Positions 46,489-55,071 of a stretch of DNA of 55,071 nt are shown here, piece by piece; the stretch's first letter is position 1; the number at the start of each line of letters is the position of its first letter. Made by a program: the position numbers and the translations under genes. Source of the DNA: Trichosphaerium sp. ATCC 40318 (taxonomy: Eukaryota; Protista; Tubulinea); the NCBI GenBank assembly GCA_038496445.1, contig JALMLS010000467.1:1-55071 (forward strand), in the 5' to 3' direction. A model generated the notes under the pieces. It did not search any database. It was not told the DNA's origin and was given only the letters and a program-made list of their open reading frames with translations.

Positions 46489-48572
46489 TTATATCTCTTC
46501 AATACTTGTAAGCTCGCCCGTAACTATAGTTTCCTCAATTTTTGTATCACTAGGTTGTTCGAGGGGTTCAGACTGACATGATATTTGTTCATTTTTGTAT
46601 CTGTCATTTGTTTTCAAATTCATGTCGATGATCGTTGGCCTACACCGTTTAAATACGTTTTTATAAATCGTATAAAACAAGCGTACTTTGAAGTTGAATT
46701 GGTGCCAGACGAATCAGCTGAAAGTGCGTTTCTTGGAGGATGTAATGAAAAAAGTTGAACAGTTATTAAGGCGTTTAATATCATAGAAAAAAACCAATGC
46801 CACAATACCCAGCCAGTTGGTGTTGAAGTAACGCCAGTTCTATTACAACAAAATAAATACGAGAGCTTGCAACAAACACGTGATAACAATATAACGTACA
46901 GTAATGATACATACAGCAGGTAGGCCAAAAATATAACTATGACAACAGCGTACAGTTGTGCTCTTATCTGTATTGAATTAAGGTTAGCGGGAAATGTCAA
47001 AGTTGAAGGAACATTCGAGGTACCAGAAAAAGCTGTTTTCTTGTTTCCTTGTTTTTGGCTTGTATTTTCTTTACTCTTCGTTTTAACCGATAAAGAGTAA
47101 TACAACAATAAACTAATACTATAGTGTATCCAACAAAGTACAATGTAGGAGATATACCTTGAACAACTCCTGGGAACTAAACCAAGAAATAAGTGAGAAA
47201 ATGTTGGCTGCTGTTCATACCCGAAAGAAAAAGTCCGCTATTGATATTGCTATTTGTTGAACAATGAGAAATGTGACCCAAGCATAAAATATCCACCTTT
47301 GAATAAACGAAATTACTCTATAAATTATAGAAAAGATAATACCTGAAACGTGGGAGACCTGGATGAACCTGAAACTTGAGTGACTTCAAAAGAGTGTGCC
47401 TAAAAATAAAACAATGAGGTAAAAAAACGCAGGAAAAAAGTAGGTACCACCACAAAGCCATTAAAAATAGAGGTGCAATCACAATTGGCACTGGTAATGT
47501 CTGTATAAACCTATTAATAACACAACGTTTAGCTAGATGAAATTTAGGATAGGTAACTATACCTCGAACCCAATAAGGAGCTATTCTTCTACATCCAAAA
47601 GGATCAAGAGAAACAGCAATCATAATTCCTTATTAAATGTTGGTTATAACTACGAAATAACATAAACAACTGTCTATACTGTACCTATGGTTGAAATCAG
47701 GCATAATATTATGCAGCATAATCCAACAGTTCTCTTACAGCCACCATAGTGCCTTACCAAGCTAACAATTCTTTGAAACAACCATTAGTATTAATTGTAG
47801 GTAAAAAAGCTTCAACGTACCTGTACACTGCGAATCCGGCATTGAACAAACTAATTGCAATTAAAGATATTTGCCATGCCCACATCCATCCAGATTCGAA
47901 TAAATCTATGAACTCATTGCGTTCTGAAATGTGTCAAAATACACAAAATAATTAAACAAATGAGTAAATAATGATTACCTGTTATCAGTTGAATGAATAG
48001 TGTTTGGTTTGGTTGTAAGATAGCTTCCATATCTTTAATAAGCACTGTGACTATCGGTACATTGATGTCAGTTGTGTCACTCCCGTCAAGAACATACATT
48101 TCCTGAACAACAAACAAATAAGGATAGAATACCCAAAAAACAGAATTACGTTTCCAGCCAAGTCCCGAGGAGGTCCTAATATTGCGCACAACACTGCAAT
48201 GGCTCCTTCGTCTTGTAATTTACGATACTTCGGTTCGTAAGGCTTGTCGCAACCTCGTAAGAGAATTATTTTTCCTACAACAGAAATGAATTTCATTGTA
48301 AGGTTTTTTTTTCTACACGCAAGATTTGTTACTTTACCCGTTTTGTTTGAATGTGTTGCTTCAACAAGCTGACCTCGGACAGGGCTGAAATCTACAGTAT
48401 TACCATCGTATTTTTGAGGCCACACGCGTATAGATACGTTTGATAACGTCTGAGGTGTTATTACGTGGAATGACGCATACACGTGATAAACCAGAGTTAA
48501 AAATACTATTTGTGTAAGTTAAAAACAGTATTTTTCGATGAGAATACCAACTACTCGCGTAAAACCTGCCAT
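46489..48572 (-). CDS. PA-domain + multi-TM (7TM-like) membrane protein, paralogue 3
   Basis: Starts MAGFTRVVG; exons homologous to paralogues 1 and 2; ends TSIEEI*. Confidence 0.75.
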
Positions 48573-48848
48573 AATTCGCGTAATCTCGCTAGCATTTAAA
48601 CGGGTTCGGAGTTATTACTAAGTTAGCTTAAGCGATGATCTTTTCTGCCACAATAAGAAGTTCTTACTATCGTATATTGCCCAAATAAACCCAAAAACAA
48701 ATTATATAACTTACACGTTACCATGTGATGTGTTGCCATTCACTATAATTTACAAGAGTCAGATAAGAAAGCCATTGACCATTTGTTGCATTTGTGTCCT
48801 TTACCCTTTTGTAGAAATAGCCACATCTTACTTTATGACGTACTAGCG

Positions 48849-51800
48849 ATGTCAGAAACACCAATAAGCACTTTAAGCCAGAATTTAGTGCTCCATATGT
48901 ATCCGATCATATTTTTTTTTTGTCTGTAATTATAAGTAGTACTGTACGCGTATTTCTTTGACTCCACTAGCAAAAACATAAAGGGTAGCGTAGAAAAGTT
49001 ACAAGTAAAGCCGTTAAGTCCCACAGTACTTCCTGAGCCCGACCACAGGTACTTTAGAGGGGCTACCCGAATTCTCGCAGTTTTTAACCAAATTGAGTGG
49101 ATATTTTTACATAAACGCGCGTATTAGCATCTAAACGTTGTATTTAGTTGGGCTAAAGAAATATGCGTATCCTGTAGTTTATTCACAAGCGCAACTTGCC
49201 TATGTGCACCACAATACACGCAATTCGCGTCTTTGGACAATCAAGAGTACAATTTTAACCAAAATATAACCTTTCCAATTAAATACAGGTAACTTCACCA
49301 TTCAGCGCCCATAAAATGTTCTACCTAGCTTATTAACTGTCAAACTGACATTCATTGTAGAGATTTGCCAATCGACAGCTTCTTATTTATTGCCATCTGG
49401 GGCGTTGCTAGTACGCGAGAATTTGTGCCTATAGCTTCAAACCTCTTGCCGCTTTTTGACAAGCAATCATGGTACAGACCGTTTTGAAAACCAAAAAACA
49501 ATTCCAAAAAAAAAAACAATAATGTTTAGCTTGGATTGATTTGACGTGTGATTTTTTAGGTTGATGCGTAGAGGAAGTCAAAAGCTTACCTTGTTTCTAT
49601 TGGATAGTAAATCTCTATCGTTGAGGACAGATAGCTTACACTACTCACATACAGAACACAAGAAAATACTGCAAAATGCACGTGATGAAATCATTTTTTG
49701 AAACTGAATTTTGTATTTTTTTGTTTTGTGCTCTTCAGCGAATTGTAAGAAATTCTTTTGTGACGATAATCTCAATCTATTTTCTTTAACACCATAAGAG
49801 CCAGAATTTCACAGGACAGTAATTGGCGTTAATCTGTTATTGATTCCTTTTTTTCTGCCTTCTAATTTGCTGTTTTTAGGTACTCCAACAGGCAGGTTTA
49901 GATAGTCTAACAAGAAGTACAGAACAGCCTCTTGGTATTGAACAGCTTAAAGAGCGCGGTATTGTACCGTTAGCAAATATGGACCCGTTTTTCCAAGATG
50001 AAGTTGCTCTGTTTGTTGAGCTTCCTGTACTCCGCAACCCAATAATCTTCTATCAAAACGTTCGTACTCTGTACACAATAATTACTTGTACTTACCTTAA
50101 CGTGTAGTTCTATGAGCAAGAAAACAGTGATATGGAGTACAAACATTCTTATCCTTTTGGTAGCTATGTTTTTGACCCTGAAACTTATTGTGACAACCCA
50201 GCTGATAAAGTACGCAACAAATACTCTCAAATACAATTACTTAAAGCAAACTCCTCAATCCTACAATGCACTTATTACCAATTTAGATGCATTGGAGTCT
50301 TATGCGCGCTGAAACAAGTGATTATGATGCAAGAAGACTTCTTCCTAATACAGACGAACGAAAGACAATACAGGTATAGCTCCTATGTTTTTTCTTTGTA
50401 GATGGAAGTATTTCTTTGTGTGACATGTGTTTTAACCTACGACCTTATTAGATGATATTGGCGTACCCGCCATCAAGGGAACTGAATAACCGTGAACAGA
50501 ATATTCTTTGGCGTTATAGATATTATCTTCAAAAAAACAAGAAAGCACTGACAAAGTTCCTTCGATCTTCTGTTCGTTGGAGTCAACAAAAAGGCAAAGA
50601 AGCTGTACAGCTTCTTAAAGAGTACGTACCTATACGATACTTTGATCAGTAAAATGATAGGTGGGAGGCATCCTCCGGCTGTTACAGGACGCTATGAATG
50701 TTGAAAAAATATTTTATTTACTAGTCATTAGGTGGGAACCTATTGAAACTGTTGATGCATTAGAGTTATTGTCAAAGGATTTTTCAAGTCTGCCTTGGCC
50801 TGAGATAAGCACAAAGATTAGACAATACGCAGCAAGCGTACTTAAGAAATCTTCAGACGAAGTACGTGTCAGAACAGTAGCCCTTTATTGTTTTTTTTGT
50901 ATATATACCATTAACCACTTTGTAGGAACTTCGCTATTGCTTGCTGCAACTTGTGCAAAGTCTGCGCTACGATCGTGTAGCTTCAACGTCTGCTGTTGTT
51001 GCGTTACTAATTGACCGAGCTTCAACTAGCTTTTACCTGGCTAATAACTTGTACTGGTATGCCTTCTTTTATTGACTCTGTTTTCTGTGAAGAAAAGTTT
51101 TTAATTTAGTTGATAGGTTTCTCACTGTTGAAAAAACGAGTACACTCAACGACAATGACGATGTAGAATTTTTTACTCAAGTTTTTGATATGTTTTGGAG
51201 AAAACTAAGCAAGGTAACGAATGGTTGTAGAAATAATTTTAAAAAAACCTTTTTAGTTTTCAATCTCATTTTTTTCTTCTTTCCTTTCTTGTCATTTCCA
51301 ACTTGCTTTGTTGCCTTTGTAAATGAAGTTACTTACTTGGTGTTAATGAATATCAATAGACGCCAAGTGGTCGTATCTTTCAAGGACACCTTCAAAAGCA
51401 GCATGAACTTGTTGATATTCTCACTTCTGTTGCAAATAAAATATCGTCAACAAGTGACTTTGATAAAAAGGTACAAACCAAACGACGTAAAAAACATTTT
51501 AGTTATTTTCAAATACTAATTTAAAAAAAAACAAGGAACGTATGGCTACAGCGGAAATAGAAAAAATATCCAATAAATTCACTGGTGTACCAATTCCTGC
51601 AAATCCTGAACTCATAATCCATAAGATAAAACGTAAGTAAAATATCTACTAAATTTCTAACTCGTGACTAACAACCCTGACACGTGGGGTTTTTTTGGAG
51701 TTATTTGTGTTCGGTTTTTTGTTAATTTGTTTATTTTAGCCAAAGTTAAGGTTTTTACATCAGCTCAAGCACCTATGAAGGTTGATATTATAACACAAGA

Positions 51801-53124
51801 TGATTCTGTATTCAGTATTATTTTTAAGCTTGGTGATGACTTACGACAAGATCAACTTATCATACAGGTAAAACAAATAACAAAACATAAAAAAAAACTG
51901 AAGGCGAACTTTTCAAATTTTGAATAACCGTCGCCCAAGTCTCCAAAATTTGTGAGGGCGGTAAAACATCATACCCAGATATTTATTGAATTAGCAATGG
52001 CCTATTCTATGTTTGATAACTGTAGTAAGCGCTGTCTAATGAATTTTTAGTTGATTTCATTAATGGACAATCTTTTGAAAGAAGAGAATTTGGACTTATC
52101 GTTACTTCCGTATGCTGTTCTAGCTACTTCTTCTAGTAGTGGTATGATTTTCCCATCTTCTTAATCAAACTATATTAATACTTACCGGATAGGAATGATA
52201 GAATTTGTCCCAAAGAGCCATAATATATCAAGCTACAAAAAAGATCTCAAAAAGTTTTTTATGAAGTACAGCCCAGATAGTACAGGTATGTCTCATTACC
52301 ACGTTGTATCTAGCCTAATAAGTGCTTACTTAAATACACAGGTCCTTATGGCATCAACCCTGCTGTACACGATACATACGTAAGGTCTCTAGGTACGTAA
52401 AAACCATAAGTATTTCGAGTGCTAATTGTTATTAGCTGGCTTTTCTGTTATAACTTATGTTCTTGGTATTGGTGATCGCCATTTGGATAACTTACTACTC
52501 ACCGAAAGCGGTAACTTTTTCCACATCGATTATGGATGGATACTCGGTACGACAAGAACAAAGAATAAGAGAAAATATTGCTCATAGTCTAATTTAGGTC
52601 ATGATCCTAAAGGATGGGAATCACCAATGGTATTAAATTGTTTCTGTCTATTTGCCTTATATTAAACAACCATACTCTCTAGCGCCTTACCTCAGAGATG
52701 ATAGATGTGTTGGGCGGGTACACAAGTGAACATTATGAGTCATTTGTACAGTATGGATGTTTGGCGTATAGCAAACTTCGGAAATCGGCGAATTTAATTT
52801 TTAATTTACTCTCACTGATGACTGATGCAAACTTGAAACATTTGACACGAAGAGGATTGCAAGAGGTATGTTACAGCTCGTATATATCATGTTTAGATTA
52901 TACTCAAAAGCTGATACACAATAGGTTGAGGATAGACTAGGACTGACGCTAACAGAGGTTGCTTCTATTGAACATATAAAGTCTATGATTGTTATCAGTG
53001 TTGAGGCGTTTGGACCAAAGGTAATACCTTATTTTATATTGTTCATTGTACATATTAATTTGATTAGGTCATTGAAATACTACATCACTTGAGGCAGAGA
53101 TTGTATAATGTTAAAACGCCTTAA
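48849..53124 (+). CDS. VPS34: Class III phosphatidylinositol 3-kinase (Vps34-like), multi-exon
   Basis: C2 ([12 protein letters not shown]), helical ([32 protein letters not shown]-like) and kinase ([45 protein letters not shown]) regions. Confidence 0.88.
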
Positions 53125-53364
53125 AACTGTTTTTTTTTTGTTCTTTTGATTCAAAAAAATTGGAATACTGTAAATTTTTGTAAAATTGTTACAATAGATA
53201 AGTTAGTAGATACATTTCTTGCCATATTTCACTTGAAACACGTCTAATTTAACCATTTGGCGATAATGATCAATAAATTTTATGTCATTGAACCAGTTCT
53301 TCGGCCAAGGACGGGAAAGGAAAAACAATGTCAAACATTTTCAAAAGTGTCATAAAAAAAAAAT

Positions 53365-55071
53365 ATGGCATTGAATCGCACTGTACTTGTAGGCTTTGGA
53401 TTTGTTGTAGCATTAATATGCGAACTAGTATCAGGTTTTAAAAAAAGAAAATGCTTTCCTTATCCTTAAATAATCGGCATCTCATTTAGGAAGTCTAAGA
53501 GGAGCATTCAACGCATACGCAGAAGGTACTACAACATGCTTTTATTATTCTAAGCGTTTTTTAAGCGTTAAAACAGCAATTGAACTTGGATCAGCAACAA
53601 GTTACTCTTCTTGGGTCTATTAGCTTTATAGGTACCTTATACTACATCAAAGTTTAAAAATAAAGCTGCACGTGACAAGGCACATGAAATTTCTCGTATT
53701 TTTTATTCGTAGTTGTAAGAATTGGTAGTGACTTTGCCCTATTTTAGTGCACTCCATTTTTTGGATTTAAAGGATATTTTTAGGCTTTTATGGAGTGTTT
53801 GCTGGATACATTAGCGATAATTTTGGAGCAAAGATAGGTCTGTTTTGTGGTATGGTGTGCACTACTGTTGGGTACTTGCTTTTGTGGCAACTGATGCTGG
53901 GAAACATTGCATTTAACTATGCTTTGCTATGTTTTATATTCATACTTGTTGGCGCCGGAAATTGTTTTGGATACATCGCTGCTCTATCAACACAGGTAAA
54001 TCTTGGATGTAAAGTTCAATTTAGGAGCAGTTTAAACTAACTTGACTAGGTGGTAAACTTTCCAGTTGACAAGCGAGGCAAGCAGTAGAAAACTTTGCTG
54101 AGCGTGGTTTGGTTAAGTGGTTTTGTTTAGGTTTGATCATTGGATGCTTGAGCTTCATGTTCGCTTTTAGTGGTGTTGTGTTTGCTCCTATGTACTCTCA
54201 AGTATATGGAGATACACCCTTATTTGAAGACCACGATGTAGCGGGTTATGCATTATTCCTAGCACTTGTGCACATGGTCCGTTAAAACACATTTCTCTTA
54301 AAACTTCTCTAAACTAGAAATTAGGTGACCTACTTTGTTTGTGTTGTAGTCATTGATATCTATCCAGAGAAAAAACCATATACCAAGAAAATAGACGTAC
54401 TTCTGAATTCGAACCCTGAGGATATGCCGTTAACATTGAAAGGAGACGCACCCAAAAAAAGTACTTTCCCACTTCATGTTGTTGTGCTAAAATTACTGCT
54501 AGATAATTCACTGTTGCAAGATTTTATCAGTTTAGACTTTTGGTTATACTCTTCGACATGGTGTGCTAGTTCAGCTACAAATCTTACACTCATGTATAGA
54601 AAACACATGTTTTTTCATATTATTAAGTCATGTTTAGATATAGCATTGGATACTTGGCAGTATCGCTCCATGGCATAGATACAGATACGACTAAAACACT
54701 CATTGATGTCAATGCTACAGCTTTAGCTGTAACGGGTGGCATAGGACGTATTATAGGTGGTATACTCTACGATGTTATAAAGAAACGCTGGCCTAAATCA
54801 GGGAGCGTATGGTACGAAAATGCTCCTGACCTGGATTTCTTTAATGTTGTTTTTTGATCCTCAGGTACTTATTGGTTTGAATTTACTGGCAACATTCATT
54901 AATGCATTGTTTTTATTTGGAATGAAGGCAGAGTGGGTATTCTATTTTGGTTGTATACTAACTGGGTTAATTACGGAATGCTTTAGCATTACACCCAGTA
55001 TAGCAAGCACGTGATTTTCGATAAAAAAGTTATACTGCAATTTGTAAATATTTCTCCACGTGATTGTATGG
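53365..55071 (+). CDS. MFS transporter (nodulin-like/MCH1-like), runs off the window
   Basis: FNAYAEALKQQLNLDQQQV, AGYISDNFG, VNFPVDKRGLIIG and GRIIGGILYD, with many TM helices. Confidence 0.85.

Overview
AT-rich, gene-dense eukaryotic DNA with many short (~35-80 nt) spliceosomal introns and apparently the standard genetic code; probably a free-living protist, possibly an amoebozoan (inference only). Host genes in order: a decayed LRR-TM receptor-like gene, a glutathionyl-hydroquinone reductase (GST omega/Xi-like), a DUF1152-like protein, a broken MORN-variant ORF, an F-box protein, an oxysterol-binding protein, TANGO6, a long ankyrin-repeat protein, a reprolysin-like protein lacking its zinc ligands, an F-box/LRR/ankyrin protein, an intronless 24-aa LRR array, a small membrane protein, a PIN-domain protein, three tandem PA-domain/multi-TM paralogues, a Vps34-type PI3K and an MFS transporter. 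The main feature is an intact ~8.0-kb non-LTR retrotransposon (38209-46202, minus strand, 13-bp TSD) with an unusual expression design. (1) Its first nucleotide is the predicted cleavage site of a minimal, P4-less HDV-like ribozyme. (2) One uninterrupted 2606-codon ORF runs from the 5' end to APE-RT-RNase H-CCHC. (3) Nested inside that ORF on the same strand is an apparently complete Pol II gene: TATA at -31, TCAGT initiator, ATG, three GT-AG introns, stop and AATAAA. Its spliced product is a ~390-aa protein with RRM-like folds (ORF1p-like). Two introns are in-frame and stop-free; the third (38 nt) switches frame. (4) A ubiquitin-like RLRGG motif sits just before the endonuclease and could let a host deubiquitinase release the Pol protein. 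All gene models and RNA folds were read by eye; no searches were run.
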